A DNA stretch of 64,000 bases, taken from the NCBI GenBank assembly GCA_051294375.1, contig CM119264.1, forward strand, positions 23,382,858 to 23,446,857, read 5' to 3'. Source of the DNA: Paraspadella gotoi (taxonomy: Eukaryota; Animalia; Chaetognatha). Position 1 is the stretch's first letter. Every line of letters begins with the position of its first letter. Positions 1 through 13,278 of this stretch are shown here, piece after piece. Made by a program: the position numbers and the translations under genes. Under the pieces are notes generated by a model. It was not told the origin of the DNA and made no database searches. It worked only from the letters and a program-made list of their open reading frames with translations.

Positions 1-270
1 CCTTGGGGCGAGGACAAAGAAGACGAAAGGAAATAAAGCGCAGCGGAGAAAATAAGTTCCAATAACAACAACAACGCCGACGACGACGACGATAATGACG
101 ACGATGACGAGAGGAAAGTTAGAAAAGCGAGACAACAACGACAACAACAACAAAGACGTTCGAGGAAAAAAAAACCATAAAAGAGGTGAAAATGATAAAT
201 GCCCACTCATTGGAGAAGAAGAAGACATAAAGAGAAAACTGCAGAATCCAAACAGAGCGCTGACAGAAGA

Positions 271-304
<34 letters not shown>

Positions 305-2251
305 GAAAGCGAAGCCGACCGGCTCCCACCTCAGACACAATAACTTTTTCTTCGGGAACAATGGCCGGCGTGACAATAGGAAGTGCGAAAGCGAGATAGA
401 GAGAGAGAGAGAAAGATATGGAGTGGGAGACGAGGGCCGGCAAAAGCTCATGGGGTTTAGNNNNNNNNNNNNNNNNNNNNNNNNNNNNNNNNNNNNNNNN
501 NNNNNNNNNNNNNNNNNNNNNNNNNNNNNNNNNNNNNNNNNNNNNNNNNNNNNNNNNNNNNNNNNNNNNNNNNNNNNNNNNNNNNNNNNNNNNNNNNNNN
601 NNNNNNNNNNNNNNNNNNNNNNNNNNNNNNNNNNNNNNNNNNNNNNNNNNNNNNNNNNNNNNNNNNNNNNNNNNNNNNNNNNNNNNNNNNTATTTCCTAG
701 CCACACATTGCCAATTAGTGGTTCTCCTCCGACCTTCCTATGAGCCCAGCATGGGTTGACCACGCCAAACTCGCAATACTCTTTTCTCCAACTCTTCGCG
801 CCACAAATTTCCTATCTGAGTCAAACTCGTCCTCTCTACGCCAAAAGTCAGACGAGAGCGACTCGGCCAAAACTCACAGAAGAAGATTCGGCGAGTGAAG
901 GGAATAATGGACAAATTATGACGTCGCGAGGGGAGAATGGCATTGAATNNNNNNNNNNNNNNNNNNNNNNNNNNNNNNNNNNNNNNNNNNNNNNNNNNNN
1001 NNNNNNNNNNNNNNNNNNNNNNNNNNNNNNNNNNNNNNNNNNNNNNNNNNNNNNNNNNNNNNNNNNNNNNNNNNNNNNNNNNNNNNNNNNNNNNNNNNNN
1101 NNNNNNNNNNNNNNNNNNNNNNNNNNNNNNNNNNNNNNNNNNNNNNNNNNNNNNNNNNNNNNNNNNNNNNNNNNNNNNNNNNNNNNNNNNNNNNNNNNNN
1201 NNNNNNNNNNNNNNNNNNNNNNNNNNNNNNNNNNNNNNNNNNNNNNNNNNNNNNNNNNNNNNNNNNNNNNNNNNNNNNNNNNNNNNNNNNNNNNNNNNNN
1301 NNNNNNNNNNNNNNNNNNNNNNNNNNNNNNNNNNNNNNNNNNNNNNNNNNNNNNNNNNNNNNNNNNNNNNNNNNNNNNNNNNNNNNNNNNNNNNNNNNNN
1401 NNNNNNNNNNNNNNNNNNNNNNNNNNNNNNNNNNNNNNNNNNGAGAGAATACAGCGATAGATCAATTAAATCCGGGAGGACAATAGCGGCAAGTCGCATC
1501 CGGGACTGGAATACGAAATTGTCCTCTGTTTTGTTCTTTCTTCATCACGTCGCCTCCTCGTTTGTCTTAGAGAGAGAGAGAAAGAGAGAGAGAGAGTCAC
1601 TGACCAAATTCGTGATAAGGGCAATGGAAACAATAAAAATGACAAGAGCGCATTGTTATTCCAAGCAGACATTTTCCTTCAGCCACTGTGACTATTGTCA
1701 GCTCCGTCGGCTAAGTAATAAAAGCACTGTGCAAAAGTTTTTTTTTTCCTAAAAAAATTAGGAGACAATTGGGACTCGAAGTCATTTTCTTCNNNNNNNN
1801 NNNNNNNNNNNNNNNNNNNNNNNNNNNNNNNNNNNNNNNNNNNNNNNNNNNNNNNNNNNNNNNNNNNNNNNNNNNNNNNNNNNNNNNNNNNNNNNNNNNN
1901 NNNNNNNNNNNNNNNNNNNNNNNNNNNNTCTCAAAAAGTCCCTTTTCTCTTTTTTTCGCCCCTGAAAGACAATTGGAAATTTGTCCCTCGTCTCCGCCTT
2001 TTAAAACGAAGGAGGGAGCGTGGCGACGATTAAGGAAGAGGGTGGGGAGGGAGTGGGGGAGAGGGGAAGAGGTTTGGTGGATCATCCACCCTCTCCCCTT
2101 TCCCATTTTCTTCTCCCGAAAAAAAAACTCGTTTCCTTCGATTCGACTTTCAAGTGGAGCGACCCTGAGAAACAATGAGAAACATAACGACGTCGTCGTC
2201 GTCATTGTCGTCATCGTTTGCGTCGTCGTCGTCGTCATCTTTATCTGTTTA

Positions 2252-2402
2252 TTTGTCATCCTTACCATTGTCGCTAAACTTCCTTCGTCCTTGTCATCAT
2301 GATCCTCGATGCCATGGCTGTNNNNNNNNNNTTTGTCATCCTAACTATTGTCTCTATACTTCCTTCGTCCTTGTCATCATGATCCTCCATGCCATTGGTG
2401 TT
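2252..2402. repeat. ~70 bp minisatellite, at least two units separated by a short N gap
   Basis: TTTGTCATCCT.AC.ATTGTC.CTA.ACTTCCTTCGTCCTTGTCATCATGATCCTC.ATGCCAT occurs on both sides of the gap. Confidence 0.8.
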
Positions 2403-5252
2403 GTCAGTGTCTTCTTTGTCAGTATCGTTCGCTAAGACGATTATTGTCAGCTCGGTTTGTCGTCGATGTCGTCTTTCTCGTCGTCGTCGTCGTCAACGCC
2501 GCCCCTTTTCTCGCGTAATCGTCGTCATCATCCTCATTGCGCCTCTTCCATCTGTTTGCATTGCCTCCCGTTGCAACGCCTCTCATCGCGCCGGATCCGG
2601 CACCATAACAACTTTGAAGACACAATCAACCTTCAAGATAAGAGCGAAGAGAGAGAAAAAAAAAGAGGTTGAGAAAGGTGACGAGAGAGAATGAAAAAAA
2701 AAGGAGGAAAAGAGGAAGAGGAAGAAACAAGTCGAAAGCGAAATAATTATGGGGAACAATTTCCGCTTTATTTACCCAGAACCCCCAATTTTATCTAAAA
2801 TTCGGAATTCGGTTAATATTTTTAGTTAAAGATTAGGTTAAATGTTAGGGTTAATGATTAGGTTAATAATTAGTAATAAAGCTTATTGATTAAGGTTAGG
2901 GTTTAACGTTTAAGGTTGGAGGTTAGCAATAGAAATTAAGAANNNNNNNNNNNNNNNNNNNNNNNNNNNNNNNNNNNNNNNNNNNNNNNNNNNNNNNNNN
3001 NNNNNNNNNNNNNNNNNNNNNNNNNNNNNNNNNNNNNNNNNNNNNNNNNNNNNNNNNNNNNNNNNNNNNNNNNNNNNNNNNNNNNNNNNNNNNNNNNNNN
3101 NNNNNNNNNNNNNNNNNNNNNNNNNNNNNNNNNNNNNNNNNNNNNNNNNNNNNNNNNNNNNNNNNNNNNNNNNNNNNNNNNNNNNNNNNNNNNNNNNNNN
3201 NNNNNNNNNNNNNNNNNNNNNNNNNNNNNNNNNNNNNNNNNNNNNNNNNNNNNNNNNNNNNNNNNNNNNNNNNNNNNNNNNNNNNNNNNNNNNNNNNNNN
3301 NNNNNNNNNNNNNNNNNNNNNNNNNNNNNNNNNNNNNNNNNNNNNNNNNNNNNNNNNNNNNNNNNNNNNNNNNNNNNNNNNNNNNNNNNNNNNNNNNNNN
3401 NNNNNNNNNNNNNNNNNNNNNNNNNNNNNNNNNNNNNNNNNNNNNNNNNNNNNNNNNNNNNNNNNNNNNNNNNNNNNNNNNNNNNNNNNNNNNNNNNNNN
3501 NNNNNNNNNNNNNNNNNNNNNNNNNNNNNNNNNNNNNNNNNNNNNNNNNNNNNNNNNNNNNNNNNNNNNNNNNNNNNNNNNNNNNNNNNNNNNNNNNNNN
3601 NNNNNNNNNNNNNNNNNNNNNNNNNNNNNNNNNNNNNNNNNNNNNNNNNNNNNNNNNNNNNTTAAGGGGTCAACAAGAAAGGAGCGAATAGAGTTCAAAG
3701 GTCAATTTGGCCAATTATACCATCGGCGTGTCCACCTGGGAAAGAGGGAAGAGGAAGATTTAAGTATAAGAAAACGAAAAAAAGTGATATAGAGAGCGAG
3801 AGAAGAAAAAAAAAGAGAGGGAGAGAGAGAGAGAGAGAAGACAATTCCTCTTTCCAAATCCCCATCCCTTTTCTCAACCCTTCCCCCTCCAACCCTAGGA
3901 TGAGGGAGGCGTCAATGGTGATGGCAAAAATGGGAGGATATGATTTTTAGGGCCTCATTTTTACAACCTCTTTCGTCCTTTCGATCTTCCTTTTCTTCTT
4001 CCTCCTCCTCCTCCTCCTCCTCCTCCTCCTNNNNNNNNNNNNNNNNNNNNNNNNNNNNNNNNNNNNNNNNNNNNNNNNNNNNNNNNNNNNNNNNNNNNNN
4101 NNNNNNNNNNNNNNNNNNNNNNNNNNNNNNNNNNNNNNNNNNNNNNNNNNNNNNNNNNNNNNNNNNNNNNNNNNNNNNNNNNNNNNNNNNNNNNNNNNNN
4201 NNNNNNNNNNNNNNNNNNNNNNNNNNNNNNNNNNNNNNNNNNNNNNNNNNNNNNNNNNNNNNNNNNNNNNNNNNNNNNNNNNNNNNNNNNNNNNNNNNNN
4301 NNNNNNNNNNNNNNNNNTTCTCTCTTTTGTCGCTTAACTATTAAGTATTTCATTCTCTCTCTGTTTTAATTCATTCCGATTTTAGTTTTGCCTTTAAGTT
4401 AAAGGTAAAAACATTATATTTATTACATTCACTTCTCTCTTTTCTCCCTAATTCAAATGAATTCTCCTTCTTATAATTTTTTTGTTTTAAATCATGAAAT
4501 TCCATTATATTTGGAAAATCTGAGATTTCCGAATCTCGGTCGAAATTCTTTTCCGCAGTCCCTCTCCTCCCCCTCTCATCATTTTTTGGCAAAAGATCTC
4601 TGCTCTTTCTCTCTCTCTCTCTCTCTCTCTCTNNNNNNNNNNNNNNNNNNNNNNNNNNNNNNNNNNNNNNNNNNNNNNNNNNNNNNNNNNNNNNNNNNNN
4701 NNNNNNNNNNNNNNNNNNNNNNNNNNNNNNNNNNNNNNNNCTCTCTCTCTCTCTCTTTCTCTCTCTTTTATCTCTTGGTCTAGATCGCAATATGCAAATG
4801 AGATTCAAGGATCGTCGGAACTCGCTAGTTCGAAGGTTCTTCGCTCGTTGTTCGTGTCGGCGCTAACCTTTCTCGATTTTCATTTCGACTCATTTTTCCT
4901 CCGAAAAAAAATAGTGAGGACCCACCCTTCCCCCTTTACTTCTCAATGGATCCATTTTCCTCTAGAACTATTTCCACACAGTAGGCCCGTCCATACCAAG
5001 CTCCCTTACCAAGCTTCAATTTCCGCTCAGCCCCATATCCCCAAATTTGTTGGTCCCATCTCCCAAGCTCTCTTCCAATCAACTCCCCCGACCTTACCAG
5101 CAAAACCCTTTTCCAAAGCCCCTTTCCTTTATTCCTCGAACTTACCCTCCCCTCTTAGTACCTCACCCTTTTCTCTCCGCCCTCAAGCACGGCCGCTTTA
5201 CCTGCCTCGGTCTGTTTTTCGCTTAAGGCCGACTTTCGAGATTCAATAGAAT

Positions 5253-5364
<112 letters not shown>

Positions 5365-6637
5365 ATCCTTGGTATTTTTCGGATTTCTCATAATAATATT
5401 TTCTCCTCTTACGAGTCGTTCACTAGAGTAGTTAAATTTTTGAAGCAGACAATTTCCAGTCGATCACTAAGGTTATGAAATTTTTTAAGGTTTAAACAAA
5501 AACAATTATTATCCCAGAAAAAAAATCACTGGCAAATTTAAGGATACGGAAAAGTCAAGCGCTGAAATTTTAGAGATTACTTTTTGAAACGACTCAGAAA
5601 CGGGGATAAACAAAGTTGGATTAGACAATCCGCGATAGTTCTTCTTTTCAAATTGTCCCAATGAAAATAATATNNNNNNNNNNNNNNNNNNNNNNNNNNN
5701 NNNNNNNNNNNNNNNNNNNNNNNNNNNNNNNNNNNNNNNNNNNNNNNNNNNNNNNNNNNNNNNNNNNNNNNNNNNNNNNNNNNNNNNNNNNNNNNNNNNN
5801 NNNNNNNNNNNNNNNNNNNNNNNNNNNNNNNNNNNNNNNNNNNNNNNNNNNNNNNNNNNNNNNNNNNNNNNNNNNNNNNNNNNNNNNNNNNNNNNNNNNN
5901 NNNNNNNNNNNNNNNNNNNNNNNNNNNNNNNNNNNNNNNNNNNNNNNNNNNNNNNNNNNNNNNNNNNNNNNNNNNNNNNNNNNNNNNNNNNNNNNNNNNN
6001 NNNNNNNNNNNNNNNNNNNNNNNNNNNNNNNNNNNNNNNNNNNNNNNNNNNNNNNNNNNNNNNNNNNNNNNNNNNNNNNNNNNTTTTTTTTTCAACTTTC
6101 GATTCTCACGAATTCTCAATTTTTTTGCTTTGGTCACCAAAGTGATTGAGAACGTGAATGGCCGTGAGGCATTTTGTGAAAAAGAAACGGTATTTTCGTG
6201 GGACTCCGAGCGTCACACTCANNNNNNNNNNNNNNNNNNNNNNNNNNNNNNNNNNNNNNNNNNNNNNNNNNNNNNNNNNNNNNNNNNNNNNNNNNNNNNN
6301 NNNNNNNNNNNNNNNNNNNNNNNNNNNNNNNNNNNNNNNNNNNNNNNNNNNNNNNNNNNNNNNNNNNNNNNNNNNNNNNNNNNNNNNNNNNNNNNNNNNN
6401 NNNNNNNTCTTTCCATATTCACTCGGATGATTTAGTGATGACGTCTGTCGTTCACGCCACAGTGACGTCACAGACGACGACGAATTCACAGTGACGCCAA
6501 GAAGACGACGACTTTGTCTTTGTGGGAGAACCAATGCGTCAATTGGCCCCCCACTACCTACATTTTAATAACTTTAACTTAGCTTAGTTTAAATCTAATA
6601 TCACCGCAATTTCGTCGCCGATAAACATTGGTTTTCA

Positions 6638-6812
6638 TTGCCACTCCGATCACCATCATTGCCATCAAATGCCACTAGTAACGACGGTACCCAATGTCCC
6701 TCTCGCTATTAGCAATGCCACTTGCGCCGTTATCAACGCCACCCAATGTCACTTACGCCACTATCAAAGCCACTCAATGCCACTCTCGCCACTCACAACG
6801 CCATCTCTCGCC
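6638..6812. repeat. Degenerate minisatellite built on AATGCCACT / CGCCAC motifs
   Basis: Recurrent (C)AATG(C/T)CACT and ACGCCA motifs at short, irregular spacing. Confidence 0.55.
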
Positions 6813-7642
6813 GTTTCCGGTCTCATTCCCCATTTTTCTCTCTCGCAAAAACAAACCCTTGTTTGTTTCTTTTCCGTTTGTTTTTTTTTCTTTCAGCGAA
6901 AACGTGTTAAGAAGGAAAAATATTATCTCTGTCTCTCTCCTTCCCTTTGTTTTCTTCCTCTAAAGTCTGGTTTCTTCAATTTTTCTCTCTTTCCTCCTTT
7001 CTTTTCCTCCTCCTCTTCCTCCTCNNNNNNNNNNNNNNNNNNNNNNNNNNNNNNNNNNNNNNNNNNNNNNNNNNNNNNNNNNNNNNNNNNNNNNNNNNNN
7101 NNNNNNNNNNNNNNNNNNNNNNNNNNNNNNNNNNNNNNNNNNNNNNNNNNNNNNNNNNNNNNNNNNNNNNNNNNNNNNNNNNNNNNNNNNNNNNNNNNNN
7201 NNNNNNNNNNNNNNNNNNNNNNNNNNNNNNNNNNNNNNNNNNNNNNNNNNNNNNNNNNNNNNNNNNNNNNNNNNNNNNNNNNNNNNNNNNNNNNNNNNNN
7301 NNNNNNNNNNNNNNNNNNNNNNNNNNNNNNNNNNNNNNNNNNNNNNNNNNNNNNNNNNNNNNNNNNNNNNNNNNNNNNNNNNNNNNNNNNNNNNNNNNNN
7401 NNNNNNNNNNNNNNNNNNNNNNNNNNNNNNNNNNNNNNNNNNNNNNNNNNNNNNNNNNNNNNNNNNNNNNNNNNNNNNNNNNNNNNNNNNNNNNNNNNNN
7501 NNNNNNNNNNNNNNNNNNNNNNNNNNNNNNNNNNNNNNNNNNNNNNNNNNNNNNNNNNNNNNNNNNNNNNNNNNNNNNNNNNNNNNNNNNNNNNNNNNNN
7601 NNNNNNNNNNNNNNNNNNNNNNNNNNNNNNNNNNNNNNNNNN

Positions 7643-7719
7643 TAATGCGCAAAAGATAAAAAGAGGCTAAGACCGGAAGAATCGCTTTACATTCGGAAAG
7701 AGAATTAGATTATGTAGGA

Positions 7720-7807
<88 letters not shown>

Positions 7808-8152
7808 TTAAAGGTAGATAGATGAATATATATTTTCTGTTTAATTTATTACATTTTTCTTAGCTCTTTTAATATAATTTTATGAAATTATTTATTGACA
7901 CAAAAAGTATAATACTTACATAATTGTTGTAATTTCAAATTTACCGTGCTTTTTTTCCCCAAAAAATAGTTAATAAAAAATAGTTTTCTTTCTTTATTTA
8001 TTGAAAATCAGAAAAATGTGAGACGTTTAAACAGACTGAAGAAAATGCACGATACTAATTAATTCTTTGTCGAGACTTTGGAAAAAAAGTCCTTCACACG
8101 CCGACGAAATAATGCCAGGATTTAAAACGACATTGAAATGGAAATTCTAAGA
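7643..8152 (+). repeat. Direct copy of ~14111-14710, including a (GATA)n tract
   Basis: Both start TAATGCGCAAAAGATAAAAAGAGG and end near GGAAATTCTA. The second copy is insertion-rich. Confidence 0.85.
7731..7807. repeat. (GATA)n microsatellite
   Basis: Pure tetranucleotide tract. Confidence 0.95.
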
Positions 8153-9049
8153 NNNNNNNNNNNNNNNNNNNNNNNNNATCCTTCATACTCTTTGTTTGTT
8201 TACTTTTCAAACGTTTTATTTATTGGAAACTTAGGAGTATTTATAATAATCTATTTCTTTATTGTTTTTATATTTTCGTAGTTTTGGAAAAAATTATAGC
8301 TTGAAAAAAAAACACCTCCACCAATCCATAAACAACGCACGACCACGGCAACACGCCAACACGCCACAAGCCACGACCACGCCAACAACGGCACCGACGT
8401 TACGCCACCAATGCGGTCCAGTTTTTATTTCTCCCGGTTTCCCCAAATCTTTGTTTGTGTTTATTGTTTGTTTACACAATTCGATCCCTCAACTTTTCCC
8501 TTTATTTTTAATCTTCCTCCCGCCGACGACGACGTCGACGAGACACGACGACGATTTTTTTGCTTTCCGATATCGCACCGTCGTAATTCGGAGCAGCTGC
8601 CCTCTGCCGCCTTCGTCCTCGTCATCGTCGTCCGTCGTTGCCACGTTTTTACTTATTCCCCACAAAAACAAGATTAAAACATAAACTCGTTGAAAAAAGA
8701 ATAAGAGACGAGAAACAAAAATTAAAAATGTACAGTGAATTGAAAAAAGAGTGAACGAATTTGGTGTTTTTCTGAACGAATGAGTTTAAGAAAAGTGAGA
8801 AATGGAATATCGGAAAATAAATAATAAGAAGAGAAACTGAAAGTGCATAGTGAATTTTATCCCTGGCAAGTTCGCCTTTCACTTCCTCCTTTTATGTAGC
8901 TCCTTTTTCCGCTTCCGAGTTTCTGACGGAATCGACTCGTGATTCCTCCAGACAGAAATTTCTCTTCGAATCACAATTCACAATCGAAGTCGAGTCGTAA
9001 AATCGACTCCACCGAACGATTCTTCACCGATTTATGAGCCTTCTCTCTC

Positions 9050-9132
<83 letters not shown>

Positions 9133-9521
9133 ATCTCTCTCAACACTCTCCTCATTCCAACAACGACAACACTCTCTCCCCCTGTTTCAATTCTTCCACC
9201 CAAAAACAAAGCCCGTCCGGCCTCTGATTAGACTTCGACCTTCTGACAACGAATTATTGGCGAAAGAAGCGAAAAACTCTTTGCCTGCTTTGGAATTTCG
9301 AGGAGGAAGGCGGGAGGTGAGGAGAGGAGGAGAATGAAATGGAGAAGGGAGAGGGAGGAATGGTTAGAAGGGGTGACCCTTGAACGAGGTTTTTAACCGG
9401 ACAAGAGGTGGAGAAAGAAAGACGAGAAAAGAAACAATAAAAAAAGAGAGAAGTAAAAAGCAAAAAAAAAGGGAAGTCTGATTAGAGATTTAGACATGGA
9501 AAGAATAATAAGGAAAGAGAG

Positions 9522-9553
<32 letters not shown>

Positions 9554-11329
9554 GAAAAGAAAAGAAGAAAAAAAAGAAAACTTTGAGGTCGCACGTTCGA
9601 TTCGTTGAATCGGCCCTTCACACCCGACGAATGCGGCATCCATCGTCGTCAGTCGTCGTTCGTCGTCGCACCTGTTAATTGCTTTCTCGTTTCCATTTTG
9701 ACGTTTTCGCGAGCGGGACAAGGAAGGTAGGAAGAAAGGCGAGGGAGGAAGGAGAGAGGAAGAGAGAAAGGACAGTTAGAAAAGGAAAGAGGGACTTATC
9801 AGGTATACGTTAGAATGGGAAGATGAAAACCGTGTATGCCTCTTCGCATTCAATTAATTTAGAACAATCTACTATTACATAACTTAATAATACAAACCCA
9901 ACTTCCCATAATTGATCCCTGCTCCTGGACCGCCCGTGAACTGCCATTTATCCTGCACATCATAGACTTCCCTCTTCTTTTCCTCTGCCCGCGATCTCCA
10001 ATTTTAGGCCCCGTCCTTGACACGCCCGCGAGATCGGCCCAGCTCGATCGGGCCGCGTCTTCAACGACGCCGCCTAAGTCCGGCAATTTTCCTCATGTCA
10101 TAAAAGCATCCTGAGGATATTCTTCTCCTTCCTCTCTCTGTCTCTCTGGCTCTCTCTCCTTTTCTTTTTCTTTCTCAATTCTTCGAGATAATAATTTATG
10201 TCAAATGATTATTATATTAGAGACAACCTCCTTTTCTCCTATTAGACATTTCTCGATAATTTTTTTTCCGATTGATGACTGGAGATCTGTCGTTTCCGTT
10301 TACCCTTTTACCCTGTCATGTAATCTATTCTTAGCAATCTGTTAATGTTTTTATTATTTTTGCTCTTTTTGGTTCTTCCCTCATCTATTTCTTTTAACCA
10401 TAGTTCGTTTTTTGCAATTTTTTACTGACTTTTGAAAATACCTTTCTTTTTTTTTATTTCTTTTCCGCCATTTTTCCCCTTTTCCATTTTCCCCCTTTTC
10501 CCGCTCGTCCGCGCTTTTGCCCTTTTCATTCGTTTCCGGCCGCATCATTCTCTCTTGTTCTCTTATGAAATTTCTTTCTTCCTTTTATTTTCTCTTTTTT
10601 TTCCGGAAGGGGGGGGCGGAATCGAGGTCGGGCCTTTCGTTCGGTTCATCCTTTAGCGTTCAAAATACATCTTGTCAAACAAAAGAACGACGCGACGACG
10701 CCGGACGACGACGACAAAGAAGAGGAAAGAATGAAAAGAAAGGGAAGACAGAGAGGCAAGAGACGCTCCTACCCTCGATTAGAGAGAGCAAACATTCGCT
10801 AAAAAAGTGAAAAAGGACGGAAAAGATAATCAGATTTTGAGAATTCGGCCGCAAAATGGAGCACAATCACGAACGACGGCGGATATACGACGACGACGAT
10901 TGTTTGACGTAAGTATGGATACTTAAAGAAATAAAGATGGAGGACGACGACGGACCACACCCGACGACGAAAAAAGAAGACGGAAACCGAAGAAAAATAA
11001 AGCGCTAGTGTTTCATTCCTTCATTTGCCCTCCCCTGTCTTTTTCCTCCGTCCCTCTCTTTTCGTCCCTTCTCTTTCTTTTTTCTCTTTTTCTGCTCTTC
11101 TTTTCCACTGATTTCTTCTAGGTCATCGCGGCTGCAACCCGATCCTTAACCAAAAAGATCAATACAATTTTATTTCCACGGGACAACCTGAGATTAGAGG
11201 CATGCCGCCTCCGGCCGAGCCCCGTCGCAACCCGGCACCCGCCTGCGAGCACAAGGCAGGCGCCTGGGATCCAAGGAACTGTGTATGCGTGCTCTGCTCT
11301 CTCTCGTCTCTCTCTCTCTTCTCTCCTCC

Positions 11330-11377
<48 letters not shown>

Positions 11378-12625
11378 TCAAGGGAAATCTCGTTGCTATG
11401 GAAATTCTTCGTAAGGACATTTGTCGGCTCGGCGACGAGTCCGGCCCGGCGTCTTCGGGGTCAATCCCGTAAATTAGAGGGGCGAAAGAGAAGGAAAGTG
11501 AAAGAAAGCAAAAAACTTACGACATCTAGGGAAGAAGAATGGAAAGAGACAGGAACGTAAAGACGAAAGATTGAAAGAAAAAAAAGAAAAAGTAAAAAAA
11601 AAGGGATCAGAAAAGTTATACCACGTTTTCAATTTGGACACTTCCCCTCTTTCTCACTCACTAATTTTTTTACCTTTTTATTCTTCAAATAATAAAATAT
11701 AAGAATCGTCATCTACCTGCTTAATTATTATTTTTTTACTAAATCTTTCATCTATTCATTCATTCACTTCATCATTTTCCCCCACCTTTCTACAGTTCTG
11801 CACCCGTTATCAATTTTTTTTCTTTTCATTTTTCGTAACCTCTCACACAAGGGAAATTTTGTCTTCGCTTTTCCTTTCCTAATTTAATTTCCATCTCCAT
11901 TATTATTTTTTTTTTTTTCAGTCTTTAAACACCAAAGCGAACTGATTCGTAACAAAAAAAAGAGAGAGAAAAAGGGGCCTTTCTGGGGGCGCGTGCAGCG
12001 GACCAAAGTAAAATTAAAGGCCTAATTGTATAAATGAAAAAAAGAGCGAAAAGAAATGAGGAGACAGACGTCACTGGTGCGGAGTGACATCAGCCTTGAC
12101 ACGCCGGCACTAAAATCCGTCACTGTAACACACAATCTTAGTCTTTAATTGATAGATGGACTTTCGCGGGGAGAGGGGGAAGGTCGAAGGAGCCACGGCC
12201 ATCCCTGGCCTCTTAGTTCGTTTAATAACAAAGACTTATGATATTACGACAACATGTGAAGACAAGCAAGACGTGCATGCATATCTAACTAAGATAATGT
12301 AATTTAGGATGTCCAAAAGTTCAATTCACCTGTTTGTCTAGTAATATATACTAGACGCTGTTTCTATCTTGGTAGCGATTAATTTATCAAAGAGCTGATG
12401 TTATTACATTATTATCAATAACGCTATGCCTTTGCCCTACTGTTATCACTTATCAGGATAAACCGTTACAATGATGTTTTTCTGGACAGTCAGAGGGTGA
12501 TGAGTTGTATTACGTTAATAGAGAGAGGAAGAAGAAAATCTATCTGCCTTGATGCTAATCGCTCTTGATTCACTATACTTATCTATCACAAATTATAAGA
12601 AATTAAAGAATTAAAGAAATTCATA

Positions 12626-13278
12626 ATCTAGGAAAAAGTTAGAAACAATTTTTTTTTTAAAGTTCAGTTATTCAATAAAAATGCTATAAAAAACATGGGT
12701 TAAAACCATTCGATCCGCTGAAGCACGAGCTTTTCAAGATCTGGTACTTGAGCTGGGTGGTACTTTTTCGGTCTTCCAGAGCGTGCAACACAAATGTTTT
12801 TGATATGTTGTTGGTATCGCCGTAAAAATTTGCAATGGTGGAACGAGGGATTCCAAGTCTATGCTGATGAATTGTTGCGTCGTTTCCCTCTTTTCTCAGA
12901 GTAGCAAAATTTTTTCGCCAACCCTTTTTGGATGAAACACCAAAGAGAGGGGGCTGGTGCTATTCGGCATAACCAAATTAAAATAAAAAATGAAAAAAAT
13001 AACTAATCAATTTGAAGAATAAAAACAAAATAACTCAATACCAAGATTGTGGAAAACTAAAGGCGAGTTTTTACCGCCATTTTTCACGTTGACGGTGCTA
13101 ATCTTATTTTTGCTCTAACTTTCATATTACGGTTGGACTCTACGAAAAAGTTTATGGAGACGCAAACTTGATAAGGAAATTTAGTGTAGAATTTGAAACA
13201 TCCTGATTTTTTAAAATCGAGCAAGTTTTCGAGTAGATAATCCTCAATTAAAAATGTTTCTTACTTCTTTTCTAGAAG
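12626..13278 (-). mobile_element. Non-autonomous Tc1/mariner-derived element, ~650 bp
   Basis: TIRs: ATCTAGGAAAAAGTTAGAAACAATTTTT (left) and reverse-complemented CTTCTAGAAAAGAAGTAAGAAACATTTTT (right). TA flanks both ends (12624-12625, 13279-13280). The element is absent from the homologous inverted copy at ~19843-19858. Confidence 0.75.
12700..12970 (-). pseudogene. Tc1-type transposase N-terminal HTH fragment
   Basis: Minus-strand translation with frameshifts reads LRKEG...RLGIP-RSTIANF.RRYQQ...ARSGRPKK, matching the Tc1 paired-like HTH followed by the GRPR-type linker. No catalytic domain is present. Confidence 0.7.

Noticed and set aside
2820-2930. TTAGG/TTAGGG-like motifs suggesting a telomere
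   Set aside because: The motifs are sparse, degenerate and internal, not a tandem telomeric array.
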